From Catajapyx aquilonaris (taxonomy: Eukaryota): 64,000 bases of DNA. The stretch is taken from contig KZ538430.1 in NCBI GenBank assembly GCA_000934665.2, positions 1-64,000 of the forward strand. Reading direction: 5' to 3'. Positions 13,327-24,468 of this stretch are shown piece by piece. Within the stretch, counting starts at the first letter, position 1, and every line of letters begins with the position of its first letter. The notes under the pieces are model-generated. The model worked only from the letters and a program-made list of their open reading frames with translations. It was not told the DNA's origin and did no database searches. Both the position numbers and the translations under genes were made by a program.

Positions 13327-15311
13327 GAAACTTTTGCTCTATTGTGCGGCCCATTTGATCTGTATCAAATCATAAACTCATGTTGGTTTACCTGTCACGT
13401 GAGGTTGATCAATGCTGTGTGCTGCACTTGTGAATGCAAATTATAGTCCATGGAAGACTAACATTTTAGGCTTATTGGCACAGCAGTTGCAAATCGTTCT
13501 TGTTAAACAATGCTCACACCCAGCCTTATCAAGCCAATGCATCTGCCATGGTCACATGCCAATGTTGCAATTGGTATGAGTCAAATTCATAATACGAAAG
13601 TGTTTCATTTTTATGAGATAACGACGCCCACGTGGGTCATATTTCAATGGAACTGTACCATTGGCGTATAATTGAATGCTCCAATAAAACAAGGACTCAA
13701 CTCCAGCCTATATAGTAGTTTTTATGTGTACTATCATGATAAATAATTTTTATACCTATACAATGTACAGACTGTAGTGAATGACAATGCAATTTTGCAC
13801 CTTGCTATGCTGGACATATGCATATGACTGAAATTTAAATAAGAGAGAACAGTGACAACTTTGTGCCAATCCAAGTGGATTCAAATCTGGAACCAGTAGC
13901 CATGAGATTCTCACTGTACTGTACAGGACCAATAGCAGTGAACAGAAAAAAACATATAACCAAATGAATGTAGAGGGAGCTTCACATTGAATAACCTTAC
14001 ACTTGGCATGAACTTGGCATGACTAAACGACTAGATTGCTACATACCCTTGCCTCCCACACCACACTTATAGGACTCTCCTGCAGCATAAAATGCTTTTA
14101 ATTACGCAATGGCAATAAGAGTGCTGCAGAAATCATTTCAGTAATTTTATCTTAGCAGGCAGCGTATAGTCCTTCACTGCACGTTACAAACAAGCCAAAG
14201 GGGCCTGAGAATTCGTTCTTATAAAACAGTGAAAATTGCATTGTTTTGCTGCTGAATTGATCATGTGAAATTAAACAGAGCCCCTCACTAAGCCAGAACA
14301 AGGTTTGGATTTTACCATTAGACATTTGACCATTTTTCTGTCTCCTCATTATAAGACTTTTACCGCAATCTACTATTCTTGAATCGTTATCCATTTCCAC
14401 TCTATATTCTACACCTACTCACTGTCAGTGTGATATTTCTCAATGAAGGACCTTGAATGAGGTGTCATTCCAGTGTGAAGCAGTTCATACTTTTGATTCA
14501 TACTTTGTGCCCTCAAGGCATTAGCATTCAAACACTGCAACACCACGTGTAAATATGGATGCATATTATGATTCCATCACCTCATTATCATGCAAGGTAG
14601 TGTACTTAAAAATATCTCCACCTACTCCAAAGACACAAGTATACACCAATGCCTTAGACACTTTGTAAATGAACCAAGTATGACAGCTCTTATGCATGGC
14701 ATGACATCAGCAGAATACTTATTATTTGAATTTGTAATAGTCACACCTGAGTGCAAAAACAGAAAAGCTGGCAAATGTTTGTGAAGTGCCATGCAAGCAA
14801 ATCAGTGTCCAGATTTTCCATGCTCGTATCTACCAAATTTTTGGTGCACGTTTCGAGATGAATTTATCAAGATATCAGCTATCATTTCATTTTTAACCAC
14901 AACTATCAGCCACTGAAACTTGGCCTCTGCACAAAGAAAGTCAAAAGTCCAAAATTAATGCTGCCAAAAAACCACCACAAAGTCCATGGAACAGACAACT
15001 TGAGTTGAGGAAATTCCATTTACTTTGCCAGTCAGCCCAAGAGAAGTTTGTGTTACATCATTTCCATTGCAAATTTCATGGACACTGCTGCAATGTTGCT
15101 GGCAGTTATGCAGAGGTAATCTGGCAACTCAGGAATCTACTGTATGCAAAGGTTTTGTCAACGATATGAATCTGAATTTCACTGTAGTAATAGTGGAAGA
15201 GGACCACTTTTCACTGGCTACACTATGTCAATAACTGACCCGCACATTTCTCATAAGAATCTGGTTGCAATGGTCTATATCAATTCAGATTATTTCCTTG
15301 GTAATTTAACA

Positions 15312-15313
<2 letters not shown>

Positions 15314-15398
<85 letters not shown>
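15314..15398. repeat. (CT)n(TA)n compound microsatellite
   Basis: Direct reading. Confidence 0.98.
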
Positions 15399-15401
<3 letters not shown>

Positions 15402-15706
15402 ATCTCTATAAATAAGGAAGTTTGTCAGTTTGTCAATTTGTCAGTTTGTTTGTCCCTTATAGAAATCCGGGGGAAGGCCCCTACACCGCCTTAAATGAGC
15501 ATATCGGGAGTTACATTTTTCAAGGAATTTAATGCCGCATGTTTCAGCTTCCGAAAATGAACCTAACACCCATAACACGCATATTCCCAATTAATCAATT
15601 GCCAATTACCTACTTAACAATATTCATAGATTTCCATGGTAATGCCCTCATTACATTGTAGGCCTACCACCATAACTTACCCGGGCAACGCCGGGTAACC
15701 TGCTAG
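15399..15706 (+). mobile_element. Non-autonomous Helitron
   Basis: A|TC 5' end, GTTTGTCA repeats, subterminal hairpin TTACCCGG-GCAACG-CCGGGTAA (15677-15698), CTAG|T 3' end, no TSD. Confidence 0.85.
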
Positions 15707-17281
15707 TATATATAATATATCATCCTGGTCATTCGGATATGCTCCAGTACTGTATGCTTAAGTCCAAGTAGTGGTATATGAATGGTGCTGCCTTACGAGA
15801 TTTGTATTACGGAACGAGTCTTCTTACAATTTTTATAATCTGTTCACCATGTGGAAGGAAAGAAACAACCGGCTGAAAGAATCGCTATCAGCCGTGTGAT
15901 GGAGTAGAGCGGAGAACTAGCAGATATGAACAACGGCAGCACAGGTTTCAGACACATATGGCCCTAGCACACACGTCAAGTACACTGCACCCCACATAAT
16001 GCAAAGAAATAGATAAGCTGACATACAATGCTTTTGATACCACCCATTCAGGGTAAGAGGTGCGAGTTTATATTTTGTCGTGCTATGAGCGGGACCATTT
16101 AACTTACAGGTGGTGAACCAAAACATCTCACTGCATATCAAATATGAGATCTTACATGCTCCCTTACCAAGATTAATCATGGGAAACCCTTTCTGCCAAT
16201 CAGAATAGTCCGTCAACCCCACACCAGGTAATTACAATCAATAAACCTGGGCTTCACATTATTGTCTACCAATTTACAAACTTTGATGCATGACTTCATC
16301 ATAACTGCAACTTCTCTAACACTATATGATTAGTAACAATCTAATCTTCACTGCAGCAATGTTCAAAAAAAAGACCTCTGTGAGATTCGCATGCCAGTCT
16401 AGTTACATAGTTACACCTGGCTTCTCTCTCAACCCAATTTACATCACATAATTTGCAAACAATCAAATCAGCAGCAATGACGGTAAGCGCCAACGAGCCA
16501 CCGTCAAGCTTTCCTAGGACTTAGTGCTTCCGCATTGAAAATGTATCCATCCTGCTCCCATTTCATTTTATTTGTACTATCACCACAGTACAATTAACAT
16601 GTGACTAGGGTCAGTTGTCCACCCCTTGAGACTCAAGCCACGTTCAAATTACATCCATCCTCAAATGCCCCTCAGAAGTTTCCAATTACAAAAGTTTCAA
16701 GACAGCGATAAGGATTGCAGCATCAAATTGCAATGTTGTGATACATGGTGAACGACCTACATGCCACACCATGTCAACACTAAAGGTTGATATACTTTTG
16801 CAGGGCTACTTACCAAGAGGTGAAAACCTTGCCCAAGAAGTTGAAGCTCTTCTTTGGTTTGTGGCGTGTTTTAGGCCGATCGGTGTGGCGGAGTCACTTG
16901 GCATTCGACTGGCCGGTGCGCGTACTAATGGCCGCAGACAACAATAGTCGTCCGTTTGTTTCGATTGTTGTGTCTCTACAAACTTGCCATCGCGGATCGA
17001 TGATGGGCTGAGTAGGGAGGAAACGAGAACCTGACGTCACAATGTCAGAGTTGCCTGGTGGTTCTATTTGCTTCGGGAAGGTGGCGCTACCATATGGGAC
17101 GCACAGCGCCACTGTAGAATTCGTTGGGTTGAGAGGAAACTAATTGTGGTACAAATGAAGGAGAGAAGTAGATCGACAGGGTGTACGGGATGTACTGTAG
17201 TAGTACAGTAGTACTACACTCAGCTACACTAACTACAGTACACCATGTACTAACTAAACACTAGTACGAAACTGTGTACAA

Positions 17282-17628
17282 TAATAATAATAATAATAAT
17301 TCTTGGGTAGTGCCTGACCCTATATAGGGTATGTGGCACGGACCTTTATTGTAAGTTGTAGTACATAGACCATATTTTTGAAATGCCCGGGCCCACGGGC
17401 AGGATGACAGGAGGGGATGTGCAAGGTGCAGTGCAATGTCTTCATGTGGCCATTTTTAGTGAACTCCCCCGGGTGGTTTAGTCTGTAGGAAATACCACCC
17501 GAGACGAAGCCAGAGGTGACCCAATGAACTCTGCACGAGATGAAGGGGGGTGTCCCCGGGCTGGGATCGAACCCGGGACCTTAACATCCGTGGGCGCATA
17601 CGTTACCGCAGCACCACTCCGCCTCCCT
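17282..17628 (-). mobile_element. tRNA-derived SINE, family B
   Basis: B box GGTTCGATCCC on the minus strand, (ATT)n tail, 15 bp TSD CGAAACTGTGTACAA; other copies at 56528-57545 and partial at 25303-25380. Confidence 0.9.
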
Positions 17629-18048
17629 CGAAACTGTGTACAACGGACACAGAAATGCGAGTGAGATGCTATCGCAGTCCTGAAAGCTATGTGACGCGGT
17701 TGTTCCGGCTTTTTTCTATGGGAAAAGTCGGTAAATACAGTGAGTCAATCGAGTCATGATGAAAAGGTGGTCCACTCTGGACAACCCGTGGCGATAACAT
17801 TACTGAGGGCGATTACACAACCTCGGAAAGACCTTTGCATATTATGATTATAGGTCGGAACATGTAACAATATATAAGTTTTCGGAGTGGTGGCATATTA
17901 TGCATTGTTCTTTAGCTGAGATCACGGCCGCTGAGATACAGGGCGGGTCAGTGTTTTGTGAATGTACAATTCGTTGAGTTTCAAATGACAACAGATGGTG
18001 CTAGGAAAGTGAAATAAATTCCGTTTTAATTTTTATGGCATATGTATA

Positions 18049-18610
18049 CAGGGTGTTTACGACCTAACTTTACAAACTTCTAGGGGTAATAGAGGGGACC
18101 AAGACAAACATTTTTGACATAGGAGCCCGTGTCCGGAAACGCCATCTAGAGGGGGTTCGTAGACGAGGAACGGTTGCGCTCAGATGCGTCACGCGAGAGG
18201 CGCAAGTCGAGCGGGCTGCTTTGTTGATAGATGGCGCGCAAGTGTTGCCAGGTTATGGCGTATCGCGTCGTTGTAAGTAAACAACAACGCTATACGCCAT
18301 AACCTGGCAACAACAGAACCGCTATTGACTATCCGCGCGTCTCCTAGGAGGCGGACTTTAGTTGCTAGATGACTCTGTTGTTGCCACGTTATGGCACATC
18401 GCATCTTTGGTTACTATCCGAGCGCCATCTATCAACAAAACAATCCGCTCCCCTAGCACCTCTCGCGTGACGCGTCTGAGCGCACCCGTTCCTCGTCTAT
18501 GAACCCCCTCTAGATGGCGTTTCCGGACACGGGTTCCTATGTCAAAAATGTTTGTCTTGGTCCCCTCTATCAGCCCTAGAAGTTTGTAAAGTTAGGTCGT
18601 AAACACCCTG
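18049..18610. mobile_element. Tc1/mariner MITE with long TIRs
   Basis: TA|CAGGGTGTTTACGACC ... GGTCGTAAACACCCTG|TA; ~200 bp arms and an internal hairpin at 18243-18312. Confidence 0.92.
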
Positions 18611-19518
18611 TATAGACATAGATAATGCCCAATTTTTCTAGTCATATTGTTCACTAAAACCAAGCTAAAACTAACAGCCAAGCTGTATCCCATTGCAATA
18701 CTCGACCCCCAATTGAGGTTATTGCAAAAAGGATTGTGCAATCAAGTTCTGTAAATGTCAGTTTTAGTGACATATGTGACTTGGAAAAAGATAATGGGAG
18801 AATTCTGACGAGCAGTAGCAGCGGCTGCTAGCGCCTAGTAGTATGTTTATTAGCAGTAAGACGAAAATTCCAACTTGTTTTAAATCCACCGCGGCCTGCT
18901 CCCCCCCCCCCCCCCCCCCCGGGTCGGTAGATGGCACCTACTTCCTTGTACAGTACTGTAGTCATCTTAAGCCGTTGCCCGTGCCGTTGCGGCCGCAACA
19001 GCTTAAGACGACTACAGTACTGTGCGGTGCTGGTACTGCTGGAATAAGTAAACCATCTCCTATGGTCAATTCAAACGGGCCCTCCATCGCTCCATCTGCA
19101 CCTTGTATCTGATTACAGTACTGTAGCACTCGCTACTCGCTACTGATGCCACCTGGCGGAGGTGGGAGGTACACACGGCATTGCACGGCGGCATGACTTT
19201 TTGTCTCGTACTCTCCGACTCTCGTTACGTCCAGTTCTCGTCTTTACATTCTATTATCCCGAGGACTCTTCATCCGGGTGGCGAGACAATAAGGGTTCCA
19301 GGGAACGCTGGTGTGGGAAATGGCTAAAGATGAAAGCGCAGAGGCTCGTCCAGCCGGGCCAGGATGTGCAGAGGAAGACCCAAGACCCAGAGGAAAGCAA
19401 CCAAGAGGTAAGTAAGGCGAATGAGATGTGTTTTCACTGATACAGATATGAGTTAAATTCTGAAACGGCCAGTATTCTTCTCTCGGAAATGACAAAACAA
19501 AATAATTATATAAGGTAC

Positions 19519-19556
19519 TTGTAGATAATGGGATTTTCCCAGAGGAGAAAATAAAC

Positions 19557-19613
<57 letters not shown>

Positions 19614-19628
19614 CATTATTATTATTAT
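19519..19628 (+). mobile_element. 5'-truncated retroposon 3' end with (TAT)n tail
   Basis: TATAAGGTAC direct repeat on both sides; ...TTTTCCCAGAGGAGAAAATAAAC(TAT)n. Confidence 0.55.
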
Positions 19629-20213
19629 TATAAGGTACCGTACTTGTATTTCCACTTCCATGTAAAGGCGGAAGCCTACCTGGGTAAAAGCAATAAATAA
19701 TACTAAAAAATAATAATAATACTACTTGTATTTCCACTTGATGTTATTAAATAAGTGCTGTGTACAAAGTAAAATGCAAATAACCATTCTGGTAATTCTG
19801 AGCAACTTACTTTCTGTGTAGGCCTATGTCATAAATACATGGAAGATCCTGAGATTTTTTAGGAAATTTTATAATGACAAGTTTTCACTGCATTCCATCT
19901 CCATGGTACCTCATATGATTATTAGAGCAATATAATTATACCACGATAATGTCGACATGGCAAGGGTTAGAATCATTTTATAGTAGGAAAAAATATATTG
20001 CTATACAAGTCAATTTGTCATATGAAAACACTGTTCTGGCAATGGACCCTGCGTAAAAAAGTTTCACAACCTCATATAATTCGCAGGAATTTCATATAAC
20101 TTCAGGTAGTGAATCCCTTCCTGTAGGGCCACTTTAATTATGTAACGTCTGTAACATGTACAATAACCCTACTGTCCCTCTGGTGTGCATATGTAGGAGA
20201 TCGTTGCATAGAA

Positions 20214-21373
20214 TAGTAAACTTCTTTAAGTCTAACTTCCCTAAGTCGAAGTTCTCTATAAGTCGAAGAAAATGATGAGCTTGGTTGGTCACAATGTAAA
20301 ATAATAGGAAATAAATTTCCCTAACTCGAATTTCTATAACTCGAAGTTCTCCATAACTCGAGGTGCTGGCAGGGCCTTACGATGGGATATCAATGATTTT
20401 CAGTCTCTCAAAGTCGAAGTTCACGTTGGCGAGTACGGAAAATTTTCGCATTTCCCAGCTGAAGGGTTGAGAGTAGGCCACATGTACAGAAAGGCTCAAT
20501 TTCCTGATCTCCGTCTACCAGACGTACCGAAAGAAGTGTTTGACACTTTGACTCGATTGTGACAATTGAATCCTTGAATCTAAGAGTAGGCAAATGTCCA
20601 TAAAGGAGTTTTTTTTTTACAAGAAAATAATGAGGAACATTGTAAGTGTGATAGTGACAGTTATTTTTAAGTTTTGAGCACCTTTCGTCACTGGATATAA
20701 AGGTAGGCTTCCTTATACAGGGTGTAACAAGACCCCATGCAGAAATTTTAAAGGTGGGTAGGGGACCCCAAAACAAACATTTTTGACCAATGAACCCACC
20801 CTCTAAAAAAATCACAAATTCACTTAAATCAATTACTGCGGTTAGTGTCTGTTAGTAACAGTTATGTGGTTGCTGTTACTCTACAGGAGCGTTGTCATGG
20901 TAGTGTTGACAATTTAGTACAGTACTGTAGTAGTAGGCTGTGTGTACAAGTGGCTAGAGGACACTTTGAGCAGCTCCTTTGATTGCAGGTTAGGTCCAAT
21001 AAAGGTGGTGGTGGTTTCATGTCAGCATTCATTGATTTGTGGTGGTGACGATCTTTTACAGTACTGTACTAAATTGTTAATACTACCATGACAACGCTAC
21101 TGTAGAGTAGCAACAACCACATAACTGTTACTACAGGCACTAACTAGTTATCGATTTAAGTGAATTTCATGATTTTTTTAGAGGGTGGGTTCATTGGTCA
21201 AAAATGTTTGTTTTGGGGTCCCCTATACCCACCTTTAAAATTTCTGCATGGGGTCTTGTTACACCCTGTAGAGTTCTGTGCTTGAAAAAAGCCAAACTTC
21301 TGTAACTCGAATCTTCTATAACTCGAAGTTTTTTCCCAGTCCCATGGAGATTCGACTGATAGAAGTTTTACTG
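20214..21373. mobile_element. pogo/Tigger-type MITE interrupted by a mariner MITE
   Basis: TAGTAAACTTCT ... AGAAGTTTTACTG|TA, with repeated TAACTCGAA/TAAGTCGAA subterminal motifs on both sides. Confidence 0.75.
20718..21268. mobile_element. Tc1/mariner MITE (nested)
   Basis: TA|CAGGGTGTAACAAGACCCC ... GGGGTCTTGTTACACCCTG|TA; ~210 bp arms. Confidence 0.92.
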
Positions 21374-21538
21374 TATATGGAAGTACAGATCCTTATTGTT
21401 CCTCTGGCCATACCCATTACATCATCACTAGCCTGTACCAGTGTGGAAGCAGCCATCTTTCCCCAAATGCGTGTGAAATTATAACGTCTGTAACGCTGGA
21501 ATTACTTCTTCTTCGTCTTATATATGATGATGATGATG

Positions 21539-21583
<45 letters not shown>

Positions 21584-24222
21584 GTCACATCTCTTTTTCT
21601 GTTATTGCAGGTTGTAGCCAAATACTCGTCAAGTCCTTGTGGACTTGGTTAAAATTTTGGCCTACCTGGATCAGCATGATTTATTGTTGGGAGTAGCACT
21701 GGTGTGTCAGGCGTGGTACGAAGCCAGTGTAGAAGTTATGAAACTGTGGAGAGCAGTTCGACTGGATGGTTGGATAGTGACCTTAGGAAGATCAGAAGAG
21801 TTGATTTGGGGAATGAGGATGCACCTGAAGATACTGCATTTGGTGAACTGGAGCTGCCACGATCTAAAGCCATTGTTGCACGACATTCCTTCCATTCTAC
21901 CCAATATGGAGAAACTAATTATGACAAACATTGACCTCCAATTTGAAAAACCACTTGATTCTATGGTACATGCTCAAATATTGGTAGATACGCAAGATTA
22001 ATAGAATGTAAAAAAATGGGGAGCTCTGTGTAGATATCTGTACAGTAAGGTGAAAAAAAGAAGGGAAAACGATTTTGGAGAGTCAGGGGGAGGGGGCAAG
22101 TGTGAAGTAGAAGACTAGAAGGACGAAAATGTAAACGTGTATTGAAGGAGGAGGGTCGGTCAAGCAGCATGTGCTGCAGGCTGACGAGATGTAAATAAAG
22201 CCATAAACAAACACAAGATTAATTCATTGTTGTCCTGATGCAGGTGCAAGTTGCTGCAGGAAATTTGCTTGGAATAACCTAGATACTTGGGAGTGGCAAC
22301 TCCTGCTTTCATTTTACTGTCAGCCATCACTGAACAGGGACAGCTTATGGGAGGTATGTTCATCCCTACAGGCTACAGTACTACTGGCAATTGCCTTCCA
22401 GCAGGTGGCAAGTACAGAATATTAATCCTGGGAGAATAGACTCACTCACGGCTATGCTGATAGCAACAGGATTCCAGCCCAGGAGGTTCAGGATCACCTC
22501 TTTTCATGATCCAGTGTATTATGAGATGCTTGCAGAGTTTCCTTATTTGGAGGATTTGGAGTTGCTGTATGCCACCAACATGCCAGCAAGGGGCCTCCTG
22601 GAGGGGATTGCCTCCCTACAAAATCTGCGAAAGCTCAGCTTGGGTCATGCTCTGATCATATGTATGCTGGCATGGAAGAACGTTGCAAATGATTTTTGGC
22701 AACTTTTCAGGAGACGTGTTTTTCTGCTGTGGATCCCATGCGAAGTGAATGCACTCTTGCTGGAATGTCCGGCTTTTTCTCGGCTAAATCAACGGATAGC
22801 GTTGGGTGGACTATGCAATTCGAACCAGCTGGTCATTTGCTACGTTTCTACAGTGTCAACTCAAAACAGCCAAAATGACACTTACAACGTTCTTCTATAA
22901 CAGCATTCACATGATGATGAGGTATTTTTTAAGGGCAGAGTCAGGTGGATGCTTGGAATCCATCAAGTTGGTGAACTGCAGGATTGACGACTGGTGCCTT
23001 ACCGCCATCGCTTTGAATTGCCATCAGCTCACTAATTTAGATATGGGGATGTGCAGTGAAGTAACCACTCATGGAATCCTGAACTTTACTGTAAAATGCA
23101 AAATGCTGAGAGTTCTGCAGATCATAGGGTGCATCAAGGTGGACATAGAAGAGGTTAGGAACAGGACGTGTCGAAGCTTGAAAATCTTGGGCTATTTCAA
23201 GTGATATTTGAGGCAGTGAAATTAGCTTTGCATGTGAATAATTTCAGTATTCTGAAGTTAAAATCACAGGGTGAAGGAATTTTTGTGCTCAATTGCCAGG
23301 TAGACTGATAGTACTTGCAAAACTAATCTAGGGATGTGCAATTGAACTATGGAAATAAAAACCGAGCTAACTCCAGTGAGGAAATAAAAGGACTTGTGCC
23401 CTTCTTGCACTGACCCCTCGGAAAGCATAGAAGGGACCAGCCCCCCGCAACGTCCTATCTAGCTATACAGGGAAGGCTGTGTGCTTAGCTGGTCCGCTAT
23501 ACCTGGATGTAGAGTCCGAATACTTGGATGTAAAGCCCTGTATCACCACTCATTCGGAGGGATGACTACTGAACCGTCCTGATCATACCTACACCGTCCA
23601 ATCCCATCAGCCCCCGTTTGCAGATCCAACCATCAGCCACCCTGATGCCCTGCTGATGCTCGTATGTAACTGTTCTGCACGATTATTTCTTACCATGTCA
23701 CATGTGCAAATTGTTATGGCAGTTTCTTTATGTGCATCCTCAGGGAACTTGTCACCCATGCAGAATCAGTCACACGTGCACATTGTCTCCACACCTACAC
23801 ACATGCATGAAACAAGCCTGTCTGTGTATTGGAGTTAAATTTGGACTATGCCCTTCCAATGTGCAGAGTACAGTATATTTTCTCCAGCCATAATATTTTT
23901 TTCATCCCTGTCATGTTGACATTATCGTGGAATTGCTCATGTAATAGTGGAGCCAGATTTTGTTTAAAAACAACTCAGGGGTTAATGTCAATATGAATGT
24001 AAACCTGTGCCACATTGCAGTTCTCACCACCTGAGTTGTAATAAAGACTGCTTATTGCAGTTATTGTTGTTGTTACTGCTGCTTAACTACCTGGCAATGT
24101 TAGAGAAAAATAGCAGGGTCAGAAGATAAAAAATAGATGCAGTAGGCATTTCAGTGTAGCCTACAGTGTAAAATAAATATCACATTTTAATGATGGTTAC
24201 AATCATGTTTTTTTTTTATAAA

Positions 24223-24468
24223 GAAGACCTCGGGGAAAGAACGATCAAGGTCCACCTCAGGTGAAACTGAGATATTCCAATTTCAAATTTCGAAGGCCCA
24301 TAAGGTTCTCTTGTAAATACAACTTTCGGGGCCTTCCGTATTGGACTATGATCATTACTCTACAACCACGACCAAACCATCATATTCTACACTAGTGAAA
24401 CTATCTTCTGAGATATGTAACTAATTTTTGACAAAGTGGACCTTGATCCTTCTTCCCCCGAGGTCTTC
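24223..24468. mobile_element. Unclassified MITE with GAAGACCTCGGGG termini, copy 1
   Basis: ~32 bp TIR; close homologue at 46548-46797. Confidence 0.85.

Larger units (their letters stand above)
19320..23204 (+). pseudogene. F-box/leucine-rich-repeat (FBXL-like) gene with frameshifts and stops, probable pseudogene
   Basis: Exon ending GAG|GTAAGT at 19407 (ATG at 19320 in GAAATGG context); acceptor TTGCAG| at 21610; F-box-like LVKILAYLDQHDLLLGVALVCQAWYEAS...LW; LRR-like segments (LEDLEL, LQNLRKLSL, IDDWCLTAIALNCHQLTNLDMGMCSEVT) split over different frames, with in-frame stops near 22275; AATAAA at 23354. Confidence 0.75.

Noticed and set aside
12965..13446. ORFs spanning N runs (also 24726-25001 and 34417-34736)
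   Set aside because: Artefacts of assembly gaps
16419..17141. Short inverted repeat CTCTCAACCCAA / TTGGGTTGAGAG
   Set aside because: No TSD and ends uncertain
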